Shown: piece by piece, positions 1-9,332 of the stretch
Numbering within the stretch: the first letter of the stretch is position 1
Layout of the letters: each line of letters starts with the position of its first letter
IMG/VR virus record: IMGVR_UViG_3300042885_000900
Strand: one strand, 5' to 3'
Origin: a virus
Lineage: Duplodnaviria > Heunggongvirae > Uroviricota > Caudoviricetes
Length of the DNA: 64,000 bases
Position numbers and translations under genes: made by a program
Notes under the pieces: model-generated
What the model was told of the DNA's origin: nothing
The model's database searches: none
Seen by the model: the letters and a program-made list of their open reading frames with translations, nothing else

Positions 1-383
1 CTATCATAAGCTAAATCGTCAGCAATGAAGGATTCCTGAATATTAATATTAAGTTTTTCTCTAATTGGTAAAATAAGAACACCATCAGAATTTCTTAACA
101 TAAATTCACCCTCATATCTACCAACACGATTGGTGTCTTTTGATGTGAATTGGTAATATATGTAATATTCTGGTTCGGCATTGGGGTCCATTGAGGTTTT
201 CTCAACAAATCCGCCCGGTCTTGAAGTGATTTTTGGTATCCCCGTTTCAACATCCACCATTGAGAAGAAAATGGAAGATACCTCTATCATATCCATAAAA
301 TTATTATAATCGTTTCTTCCGTTTTTTACGACTTCTAATTTAATTACCGGTAATGTAGAATTTTTTTTGATATAGAAATTCAT
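1..383 (-). CDS. Partial virion/baseplate protein (BppU N-terminal-like); runs off the window start
   Basis: Not in the ORF track. Manual translation from ATG at 383: MNFYIKKNSTLPVIKLEVVKNG...YYQFTSKDTNRVGRYEGEF, open to the window edge; preceded by the TATTTATA motif. Confidence 0.6.
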   Translation of the reverse strand, partial: MNFYIKKNSTLPVIKLEVVKNGRNDYNNFMDMIEVSSIFFSMVDVETGIPKITSRPGGFVEKTSMDPNAEPEYYIYYQFTSKDTNRVGRYEGEFMLRNSDGVLILPIREKLNINIQESFIADDLAYD

Positions 384-428
384 TTAAAGTTTTTATTATA
401 AATAGTTGGGTTTTTAAAAATAAATGAT

Positions 429-2105
429 TTAACTCTCTTTTCTTAATGAACCATCGTAATGTTCAAATCTATCGTGTTCTGTTGGTGTTAGTAATAGTAA
501 TCCTGGTTTAACGTTACCTTTAATTGTTTCTTGATAAGAGTACGACATAAGAGTTTGTTCGTGAGGATGAGCCCATTTTGTTTCCAAATAACATTTATAA
601 TTACCTTCTTTTGTTAATACAATCGGCCAATTCGATAAATGGGATTCACCTGTTATATATGGTAACCCTTTATGAATATGTATTTCATCAAATTTTGTTT
701 TAGGTGAATTGGGGTCTAAACCTTGAACCGGTAATTTAGGGTTGTTTGGCCAATGTTTTTGTCTAAAATCTTGTGGGACGTTATACCAACTCCACTGCAC
801 ACTATGGTCACCAAAAAACTCACTAAAATTTAACTTTAAAAAATCAAAATTCTCTTTTTGAATAATTCCTAAAGATTTTTGATATAAATTGTCGACAAAT
901 CTTGGGAATCCATTTCTACACACCTCACCTTTTTTAGGGTAAAACGCCATGTCATCTTCAAAAAAGTAATAAAAATCCAAATCAGTTTCATCGAAATGTT
1001 CAGCAACAAATACCCTACCACCAACAATTCCAATATTATCTTTTTTAATATGTTCAAAACCATATTGTTCACATAGTTCAATATATCTCGGTGTTGTGGT
1101 TAAATCAGTTGAATTATCTAATAAGAATTTCTTTGGTTTCTCCACAAAATCTTTATCGTAGTCCAACATAGATTGGATAAGAACCTCTAATTGTTTTGGT
1201 GAGTTAAATGTGATTACATAAAGAGCTACTTTTGAAGTGTCCAAATTATTCACAACAACATCTTTAGACACTTCCGATTTAACCTCAACCGTCATATCTT
1301 TTAAATCCTCAAAGAATTTACCCATTAACCCATTACCCTCAATTTCCGAGTAAGTAATTAAGTTTGGGTATTTGTATGTCATAATTGTAAATAATGACTC
1401 TTCAGTACCCATTGACCCATTTGAAAGTGTTTCATTCATTAATCCGTAATAAATGGTATTAATTTCCGATATAACATCTTTTTTTCCACCAAAGAAACCT
1501 GCTCTAGCAACCATATTAACAGGTTTACCGGCTAAATCACATAATTCTTGATACTTGAATCCGTGAATTTCGTTATTGGTTTCATAAGGAAAACAAACAA
1601 AGTGAAAGTTCTTAACTAACTGGGGTAATTTATCTAAAACTTTATCATGGGTAAAGTACCCAGGGTGGATTGTGTTGGTTAACCCAGCATCAATCCAAAA
1701 CATATATTCTGACTCAAACTTATCTAAAATTTTTGCATCGTGTAATAAATAAACTTTTGACATAACCAAAGGGTTATACATTTCTAATTTGGCTTGTGTC
1801 GAATCTGTTAACCAACCAACTTGGTTATACCAATCAGGGTTGGTTCTTATTTTTTGAATTTTATCGTAAAATTCACTATTTTTAAACCAAGATAAACTTC
1901 TACGAACAAATTGAGTGTTTTCGGAGCGTCTATTATCTAACACAAATTTTTCTAATTCTTCATCACCAAAAATTATCATATTTACATCAACTTGTAATAG
2001 TTGTTGGAATTTATCTAAATAATGTTGGAATGAGCGAGACCACCCTTCTTGAAGGTCACCTCTTCCAATATCCCATAATCCTGTTACTAATGTTACTTTA
2101 TTCAT
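429..2105 (-). CDS. HtrL/YibB-like domain fused to a GT-A glycosyltransferase-like domain
   Basis: N-terminal TLVTGLWDIGR, WIDAG and GGFFGG-like motifs; C-terminal half with FFEDD (DxD-like). Confidence 0.6.
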   Translation of the reverse strand: MNKVTLVTGLWDIGRGDLQEGWSRSFQHYLDKFQQLLQVDVNMIIFGDEELEKFVLDNRRSENTQFVRRSLSWFKNSEFYDKIQKIRTNPDWYNQVGWLTDSTQAKLEMYNPLVMSKVYLLHDAKILDKFESEYMFWIDAGLTNTIHPGYFTHDKVLDKLPQLVKNFHFVCFPYETNNEIHGFKYQELCDLAGKPVNMVARAGFFGGKKDVISEINTIYYGLMNETLSNGSMGTEESLFTIMTYKYPNLITYSEIEGNGLMGKFFEDLKDMTVEVKSEVSKDVVVNNLDTSKVALYVITFNSPKQLEVLIQSMLDYDKDFVEKPKKFLLDNSTDLTTTPRYIELCEQYGFEHIKKDNIGIVGGRVFVAEHFDETDLDFYYFFEDDMAFYPKKGEVCRNGFPRFVDNLYQKSLGIIQKENFDFLKLNFSEFFGDHSVQWSWYNVPQDFRQKHWPNNPKLPVQGLDPNSPKTKFDEIHIHKGLPYITGESHLSNWPIVLTKEGNYKCYLETKWAHPHEQTLMSYSYQETIKGNVKPGLLLLTPTEHDRFEHYDGSLRKES

Positions 2106-2110
2106 TGTTT

Positions 2111-3034
2111 TTATATTTTAAAATTTTTTATATCATGCCACATCATATAGAAAGGTTTTAATGGATTTTTTTCTTTATCCCACATTTTATAGTGATAATC
2201 ATCGTGTTCTCCGGATGCAAATGTGTTAAAAATAAATGTAATTTTTTCGTCTTCACTGATTAAATCATAAGATGGTTTCATAATTACTTCTTCTGTACAA
2301 AGTATATTTTTTTCTAATATTTTTTCAGTAAATTCCCAAAATAAATTTATGTATTTTTTTAATATTTGAGTATCACCCCCAAACATACCACCGACCGGAT
2401 AGGGTGATTCAAAAGGTTTGTCTAATATTCCGTGTTGTAAAAAAGGATAACTTATTTGAGGACCATATGAACAAACAAACATTATTTTATTTTCACATAT
2501 TTTATTTAATTTATTATATATTTCGCTATCAATTATTTTTGAAAAATTAAACACATCTAAATGAGCCCACCAATCTGTTGGTACGCCTAAATTTTCATAA
2601 TCCGTATTATAAACTTTAGAGTACATCCAAGGGAATATTCCCGGGTGTTGCAAACCAACATCAACCCAATAAACTTTATCAAACCCATCAAGTTCTCTTT
2701 CCATAACATCAAATTTTCCCCACATTATTTCAGGACCTCTTCCATCTAAATCGGTATCAAAATTATTATTTCTAATTTTTTTAATTTCATTATGGTATTT
2801 TACATCAGATAGTTCTAATATTTTTAACTCTAAATTAGTTAAATCATATCTTACTTTAATATCGTTAAGTTCGTCGTAATTTTTACTATGAGTATAGCAG
2901 ATAACCGGTAAACTACTACCAATACAATGAGAAATTAATGACCCTTGATATCTTATTTTTCTAATTGGGGAGACTCCTTGATATGGATATCCTTCAACAT
3001 CCATCCAATATGTGGTAACAATTTTAGTTTTCAT
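2111..3034 (-). CDS. HtrL/YibB-like glycosyltransferase-related protein
   Basis: WVDVG, GGMFGG and TEE motifs paralogous to the N-terminal domain of 429..2105. Confidence 0.55.
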   Translation of the reverse strand: MKTKIVTTYWMDVEGYPYQGVSPIRKIRYQGSLISHCIGSSLPVICYTHSKNYDELNDIKVRYDLTNLELKILELSDVKYHNEIKKIRNNNFDTDLDGRGPEIMWGKFDVMERELDGFDKVYWVDVGLQHPGIFPWMYSKVYNTDYENLGVPTDWWAHLDVFNFSKIIDSEIYNKLNKICENKIMFVCSYGPQISYPFLQHGILDKPFESPYPVGGMFGGDTQILKKYINLFWEFTEKILEKNILCTEEVIMKPSYDLISEDEKITFIFNTFASGEHDDYHYKMWDKEKNPLKPFYMMWHDIKNFKI

Positions 3035-3061
3035 AATTTTTTTTATTTATATTTTTTTATT

Positions 3062-3814
3062 TTAAAATCTAATATACAATTGTTCTGATTTATTGTAAAA
3101 TTGGAAACATTGTTGTAGGAAATGATTAAAAGCGTTATCAAAATGCCATTTCATTCCGGCCTCTAAAGCTGATATACCAATTTCAAATCCTTCGGCATAA
3201 TTTCTAATTTTATTTTCAATACTGTACCATAAAAATTGTTCCCATCTTTGGACAAAAAATCTAAATTTATATGAATTTTTAAATATCATAAATTGTTCAT
3301 TAACACAATGAGCTTCATCCCATTTATCGTATTCTAACATATCATAATCTATTAATTTTTGCATAAAAAAACTACCTTCAGGATGGGCTCTACTATCACC
3401 AATTCTTGCTGGTCTCTCAAATACAAAATCATAATCGTTTTCTTTAGTCCAATTTAACATATTTAAAACTTTTTTTTCTGAAAAATGTTCAAACATTGTC
3501 CAATCACCATCTGAAAAAATTATAAATTCATATCCTTCAGAATTAGGGTTATTTTTTTCATACTCTAAAATATGTTTTAGAGATAATACTTTTAAATTAT
3601 AATGAAAACTTGTTGTACCAACCGCTTCGTGATGTAATGATGGAGGGTTAATTACTTTAATTTTAAATCTATCACCTAAATCGGGGAAATTTTCATTTGT
3701 TGTTGTTATGAAAAAATCGCAGTTAGATGTTCTTGACGCTAAATCAGAATAAAATTGAATTGTTTTCTTTTCGTATTCTTCACCAATCGATAATGTTGTA
3801 AAACAATATTTCAT
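3062..3814 (-). CDS. Putative GT-A nucleotide-sugar transferase
   Basis: IFSDGD DxD motif; located within the glycan operon. Confidence 0.5.
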   Translation of the reverse strand: MKYCFTTLSIGEEYEKKTIQFYSDLASRTSNCDFFITTTNENFPDLGDRFKIKVINPPSLHHEAVGTTSFHYNLKVLSLKHILEYEKNNPNSEGYEFIIFSDGDWTMFEHFSEKKVLNMLNWTKENDYDFVFERPARIGDSRAHPEGSFFMQKLIDYDMLEYDKWDEAHCVNEQFMIFKNSYKFRFFVQRWEQFLWYSIENKIRNYAEGFEIGISALEAGMKWHFDNAFNHFLQQCFQFYNKSEQLYIRF

Positions 3815-3815
3815 A

Positions 3816-4496
3816 TTATAAGTTAAGGTCTTTTAAATAATTCAAAGCTTGTATTGCACTTGGAACTAATGGTTTATCATTCTCGTCAATTTGCATTCCT
3901 ATAAAAAAATCTTTATTATCTCTATGGATATAGTTTTCTTCACTATCATATCCACAATAGAAGATATTGTTTTTATCAATATTTTCCATATATAATTGTA
4001 GTATTGTTTGGTCGGAACCCCAAACTAATTCATTGTTTTTAATAAATTCATTGAAGTGTTCCTCAAATAAATTTATTTTACGTTTAATTCCAAATAGCCC
4101 ACTTGGTACTGGTGAATGCCAAGGATGGTCTCTTATTATAAAATAATCATTATCTGTTTTTAACCAACTATTAATATAACTAACTTCTCGATGACTAAAT
4201 CTACTATCTAAATCTCTAACAATTGATGGAGTATCCTCTAAAAAACTCAAGAATCTCCAAAAATATGGGAAATGAATTGATTCTAACCCACCTATAGTTA
4301 AATCTTTAACATTAATTAAGTTGGCACCTAATTCAGATAAAATTTTAATGTATTCTGTTAGGATAAAGTCACTATGATAATAAATTCTAATTTCCCAATC
4401 AGGTAATAAAGAATTAACCTCGACGGTATTTTTAACTGCACCAATATAATATTTCATATTGGTTCCAAATAATGTGAATGATACGATTGGTCTCAT
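3816..4496 (-). CDS. Putative glycosyltransferase
   Basis: SFTLFG...Y..GA..N, WRFL, VRDLDSR, IRDHPWH and DQ motifs. Confidence 0.55.
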   Translation of the reverse strand: MRPIVSFTLFGTNMKYYIGAVKNTVEVNSLLPDWEIRIYYHSDFILTEYIKILSELGANLINVKDLTIGGLESIHFPYFWRFLSFLEDTPSIVRDLDSRFSHREVSYINSWLKTDNDYFIIRDHPWHSPVPSGLFGIKRKINLFEEHFNEFIKNNELVWGSDQTILQLYMENIDKNNIFYCGYDSEENYIHRDNKDFFIGMQIDENDKPLVPSAIQALNYLKDLNL

Positions 4497-5344
4497 TTTT
4501 CATAAATATTTTTTACGTTTATATTTGAATATCTTTCTTCGTCATCAACAATTAAATTAACGTAAGTGTTGTAAACAGGGTTATCTGAATTCATTCCCGA
4601 GTTTGGGCCGTCATTGGTTAAAGGCCAATATATTTTTTCAGCATTTGATAAAAAACAAGCCCAAAAAGAAAAAGTTCCTTGTGCCGCAATTATTTTATTA
4701 AAAGACGTGATTTCTGAAAAAACATCAAGTATATCACCATCAATTAATTTAGGGTTATATTTTTCTAATTTATTAATTAATGATTGATGTTTATTTATGT
4801 GGTCAAATGAAATATATAAATTATCAAAAGTTTCTTGAGATATTATATTAAGGTAATAACTATCCGGTAAAACAAAACTCCCATCGTGATTACTACTCCT
4901 TAACATAATCACTAAATCATTACTACCCCTTTTATCTTTAACAATACTTTTAAAATATTCTTTAACTTTAATTTTATATGGTTTGATGTAATCATATTTT
5001 GAAAAATATGATTGGTTTATAAATCCGTGATTTGGGTAGGATTGTATTAAATTTTCAATACTACCTAATTGTATAATATCACCATCTTGAATAACTTTAA
5101 TTGGGTTATCCACAATATTTCCTTTAACACCTTTAAATGGAAACATAATTTCATTGTATTGTCCGTTTTTAGTGTCTTCTCTTCTTATTAAGGCATTTTC
5201 CGGAGATATTAACTCGTACCCTAGTAGTTCGCTAATTATTCTACAAGCGGAATATATAAACAATTTATTACCCAAATTTTTTCTTGGAGATGAAAAATAA
5301 CCACCCTCTAAATATGAATCGTATTCATCATAAATTTTAACCAT
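4493..5344 (-). CDS. GT11 (alpha-1,2-fucosyltransferase)-like protein
   Basis: NLGNKLF, LRSSN (variant of HxRxxD), YY and GTFSFWACFLS motifs. Confidence 0.6.
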   Translation of the reverse strand: MVKIYDEYDSYLEGGYFSSPRKNLGNKLFIYSACRIISELLGYELISPENALIRREDTKNGQYNEIMFPFKGVKGNIVDNPIKVIQDGDIIQLGSIENLIQSYPNHGFINQSYFSKYDYIKPYKIKVKEYFKSIVKDKRGSNDLVIMLRSSNHDGSFVLPDSYYLNIISQETFDNLYISFDHINKHQSLINKLEKYNPKLIDGDILDVFSEITSFNKIIAAQGTFSFWACFLSNAEKIYWPLTNDGPNSGMNSDNPVYNTYVNLIVDDEERYSNINVKNIYEK

Positions 5345-5347
5345 TTT

Positions 5348-6595
5348 TTATAAATTACCCGTTATTCTTTCACACCAACCTTTTGACGTACTAAACGGCC
5401 AAACAACCCAGTATTTTGGTTTATGAACTGTTTGAAATTCTCTCCAAACTTTACAATACCCATCAGGGTCTCTCATCATATTATTAATTTCATTAATGTC
5501 AGCGTCTCTTCTATTTAAAGTTTCATCATTCTCGTCGTGGAAAGCAACTACCCAAAACTCATAATCCTTCTCCGGTACTTGAGTAAATCCAATATCAATA
5601 CAATGTTTGAAGATGCTAGCATAACTCGCCAACCATTCTTCTTCTGTTTCATAAATTGTTGGATTGGGGGCGTAATGTTTGTCTAATGTATATTGTTGAA
5701 CCGCTCTATTTGAAAATTTAAGACCTGAATAAATTTCATAATCCCTTAAAGTTCTTTCAGTTCCAAAACCATAATAACTAAAATCCATAGTGACCTCTTC
5801 ACCATCCATACCAAATAATTGACGATTTTTTAAATGAGATAATTCGTTTTTCTTACCCCACTCTTTATCATCATCCCATTGTTTGGTTCTACCCTTACGA
5901 GTATATTCGTGCCAAATAACGGTTTTATGTGGGTGGAATAAATCATATCCGTGAGTATATGCTCTAACGGCAATTGATATTTCTTCACCGTGAAAATAGA
6001 ACTCAGGGTCGTGTTGAACCTCGACACTAAATTGTCCTACTGTAAATGCCATATGGGCGGAGTAAAATCTTGAGGTAACGGGTTCTTTAAGGTTTTCCCA
6101 CCCCGGAATTGTTTCAGGTAAGAAGAAGACGGCACCTTCTGGTATAAATCTATCAAACGACATTCTCCATGGGTCTCTAACTCTCCCTGCCGGGTCATTG
6201 TCAGGGTCAAATGAAGAAACATACCCTGTCAATAAAGGTTTCTTAAATCCTTTCTTTTGAAGTTGTTTAACCATTTTGATTAAGGTGTCATCCCAATCTT
6301 TCTCAAATCTCATGTGAGAGTCAATTTGTAGGGTATATTCTTCACCTTTATATAATTGTTGTACTTGGTTTCTTGCCCAACAAACACCTTTGGATTCGGT
6401 GTATAAAACGTCAACAACTCTAAATCTTTTATCTTTTGCGTATTCAGATAAATCATCAAACCCGTCTTCCGGGTGATATTGACGACATATTCCAATTACC
6501 AAATTTTTAGGTTTTTTCGCATTCTCCAACATTGACTTAATTGTTGGAATAAGTTGGGGGTCACGATAGGACGCGATTTGTACAAAAATTTTCAT
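5348..6595 (-). CDS. GT60-like polypeptide GlcNAc-transferase (Skp1 GlcNAcT/Gnt family)
   Basis: IFVQIASYRDP, GVCWAR, LQIDSHMRF..WD and FHGEE..R.YTHGYD motifs. Confidence 0.75.
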   Translation of the reverse strand: MKIFVQIASYRDPQLIPTIKSMLENAKKPKNLVIGICRQYHPEDGFDDLSEYAKDKRFRVVDVLYTESKGVCWARNQVQQLYKGEEYTLQIDSHMRFEKDWDDTLIKMVKQLQKKGFKKPLLTGYVSSFDPDNDPAGRVRDPWRMSFDRFIPEGAVFFLPETIPGWENLKEPVTSRFYSAHMAFTVGQFSVEVQHDPEFYFHGEEISIAVRAYTHGYDLFHPHKTVIWHEYTRKGRTKQWDDDKEWGKKNELSHLKNRQLFGMDGEEVTMDFSYYGFGTERTLRDYEIYSGLKFSNRAVQQYTLDKHYAPNPTIYETEEEWLASYASIFKHCIDIGFTQVPEKDYEFWVVAFHDENDETLNRRDADINEINNMMRDPDGYCKVWREFQTVHKPKYWVVWPFSTSKGWCERITGNL

Positions 6596-6670
6596 ATTTA
6601 CCTTAATTTATTTAAAAAATAATATTTAAACGAAAAAGATAAATATGAAAATAATTTATTGTGGATTAAT

Positions 6671-9253
6671 TTATGGGTAAATCATAATTAGTTCTAAATA
6701 ACCGGTAGATTGTTGTCCGTATAATTTATTACCAATTGCAAATATTAAATTATATTCCGTTGTAAATGATTGGAAGACCGTCCCATCGGAATTTAAAATT
6801 ATCCAATTTAATGATGGTGTACCATTATATGAAGTAAAAGTACCCCAAAGTAATAATTTATTTGTCCATATTATTGTACAGTAAGAACTAAGGTCTGCTG
6901 TTCCACCTGATAATCCGGTACCACTATTAAAACTAGGGTCAATAGTTCCATCAGACATTAATTTAAGAATTCTGTTGACAGGTGTTCCATTGTACATAGT
7001 AAATCCTCCACCATTGTAATTAGTACCAACAACATAAAAGGATGTTTCTCCGGATATTCGAAAAGTATTAATTGCTTCCTCTCCGTAACTATTAAACCCT
7101 GTACCATAATTAAAACTATCGTCTTTATATCCATTAGATTGTAATTTAATAATATGGTTTGCAGAAATACCACTAAACGACGTGAAATACCCCGTAACAT
7201 ACATAGAATCATCAGGATTAACTAACACACCTTGAGGGATAGTAGGTGCTCCGGCAAATCCTGTTGTTGCTGAGAAAGTCATATCCATAGTACCACCACT
7301 ACTTAGTTTTGCTAAACCATAGATAGGGGTAGTAACTCCATTATATGTCGAAAAATATCCCGGAACTATAATATTACCCAATGAATCAATTCCCGGTACC
7401 GCCGTATAAAAACCGTTAAATCCTGAACCCATAACAAAAGTGTTATCAATACTACCATCAACATTTAATCTAACGATTCTATTTTTGGATACACCACTAT
7501 ATGATGTTAAAAATCCTGTCGCAATTATCTTACCGTCAGGTTGTTGTATGATTGATTCACCATTGTAAAAATAGTCATATGGACCAGCAAATCCTGTACC
7601 ACCAGTAAATGAATAATCAATTGTTAAATCTTGATTTAATTTTATTATACCTCCAGCAGGAACCACATTATTTTCACTATAACCTGTATATGCACCATAG
7701 AAATATCCGCTAGTGGAATTATCAATAAAATCAATTAAATAGGCTGAGTCGTTAGGTTCAAATCTATATTGAGGTGTTGGTGACGGTGTCATTGTTTGAG
7801 TTGGAGTTATTGTTGGTGTCAAAGTCGGAGTTTGTGTTGGTGTTTGACTCGGTATGGGTAACGAACCACTAATGTCAAAAGGACAAGTAAGATTAAAAGC
7901 CGATATAGTGTGAGGAGTATTTGCATAATAACTACTAATATATCCTTTATATCCGTCTTTAAACAGTATTCTAGGCCCACTACCCATATTAATACTTCCA
8001 CTAAGGTTGAGTGTTTGAGTTGAGGTTATACCCGTTATATTATAAGGACTTGATAAAGTATATCTAATTAGATTATTACCACTATTAAACGTAAATAGAT
8101 ACAAACCGTTATTTTGAAAATTAAAATCAGAGACAAATCCGGTCGCAGAGGTAGAGGTTAACGTACCACCAATTATATCCCAAGCACTTGTTAATGTGTA
8201 TTTCTTTAAACCTCCGGTCCCTAATAATACCATAGTTAACCCATCAGGAGTAAATTTAACAACACTTAAACTTGTGCCATATGTTGTAGCTGACGCACTA
8301 AGACTCATTGTGGTTATATCCCAAGGAGTACTTACCGTAAATTTTCTTAAAACACCTGAACTAGCATTACAAACAAATATTTTTGTACCATCAGGTGAAA
8401 AACAGTGTCCTTGAGCACTACTTACAATAGTGTCGGTATTTATAGATACCGCTGCCGGTATTGCATATACTCCAGATGCAGCCGATTGAAAACCATTTGC
8501 AATTATAGTCGATACATCCCAAGGGGTACCTAAATTATACATTATAATTGGGTCATATCCTGTACTTGAACCTACTCCAGTATTATGTCGTGTGAAATAT
8601 ACTTTTGTACCATCCGGATAAAAAGATGAATAACTATTTTGCATCAAAACAGTATACTTTTCATTATTGTAAATTGTTTGTGGAATACATGCAGATACAT
8701 CAGTCGGAGTTACCGTTGGTGTCAGAGTATTTGTTGGCGTAATTGTTGGTGTTTGAGTATTAGTCGGAGTTGGAGTTATTTCGGATGTTGGACAACTATT
8801 ATCAACACAGACACCATTAATTGAGATTATTACATTTTCATCTGCAAACGGTAATTTACCACAAACATAAAAAGTTGTTGATTGAGGGATAACACCTGTA
8901 AATATAGTTTCGTCACATAGAATATAACCAAAATTTAAATTTCCGGTTCCAACATTAATAAAGGCGATGCAACTACAAGAAAGATTTGTTGGTGTTATTG
9001 TTGGTGTTGGTGTTAGTGTTGGGGTGGGTGTAGGTGTAAAACAGTTAATGTAATTTATTGTTTCACATCCTTTACTGTCGGTAATAACTACTAATAATTG
9101 GTTAACCCCATTTAGTTGTGTAGGTGGCGTTATTGTTATGGGTGCTGAAGTCACACCACTAATCGCAAAATAACAATAAGTATATGTAATATCACATATT
9201 GTGATACTAAATGGTGGATGCCCTACTAAACTAGTTATTTCTATTGATTGCAT
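6671..9253 (-). CDS. Virion/surface protein with Thr-Pro linkers, beta-propeller repeats and delta-60-like repeats
   Basis: Three (TP)n tracts; Y.L.T.WD repeats; QPDGKIIATG...NRIVRLNVDGSIDNTF repeats. Confidence 0.65.
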   Translation of the reverse strand: MQSIEITSLVGHPPFSITICDITYTYCYFAISGVTSAPITITPPTQLNGVNQLLVVITDSKGCETINYINCFTPTPTPTLTPTPTITPTNLSCSCIAFINVGTGNLNFGYILCDETIFTGVIPQSTTFYVCGKLPFADENVIISINGVCVDNSCPTSEITPTPTNTQTPTITPTNTLTPTVTPTDVSACIPQTIYNNEKYTVLMQNSYSSFYPDGTKVYFTRHNTGVGSSTGYDPIIMYNLGTPWDVSTIIANGFQSAASGVYAIPAAVSINTDTIVSSAQGHCFSPDGTKIFVCNASSGVLRKFTVSTPWDITTMSLSASATTYGTSLSVVKFTPDGLTMVLLGTGGLKKYTLTSAWDIIGGTLTSTSATGFVSDFNFQNNGLYLFTFNSGNNLIRYTLSSPYNITGITSTQTLNLSGSINMGSGPRILFKDGYKGYISSYYANTPHTISAFNLTCPFDISGSLPIPSQTPTQTPTLTPTITPTQTMTPSPTPQYRFEPNDSAYLIDFIDNSTSGYFYGAYTGYSENNVVPAGGIIKLNQDLTIDYSFTGGTGFAGPYDYFYNGESIIQQPDGKIIATGFLTSYSGVSKNRIVRLNVDGSIDNTFVMGSGFNGFYTAVPGIDSLGNIIVPGYFSTYNGVTTPIYGLAKLSSGGTMDMTFSATTGFAGAPTIPQGVLVNPDDSMYVTGYFTSFSGISANHIIKLQSNGYKDDSFNYGTGFNSYGEEAINTFRISGETSFYVVGTNYNGGGFTMYNGTPVNRILKLMSDGTIDPSFNSGTGLSGGTADLSSYCTIIWTNKLLLWGTFTSYNGTPSLNWIILNSDGTVFQSFTTEYNLIFAIGNKLYGQQSTGYLELIMIYP

Positions 9254-9332
9254 ATTGATAAATATAATTATAACCCATTTTAATTAAATTGTTTTTCTTG
9301 ACAAACATATTCATTTTGTTATTTTTATATCT

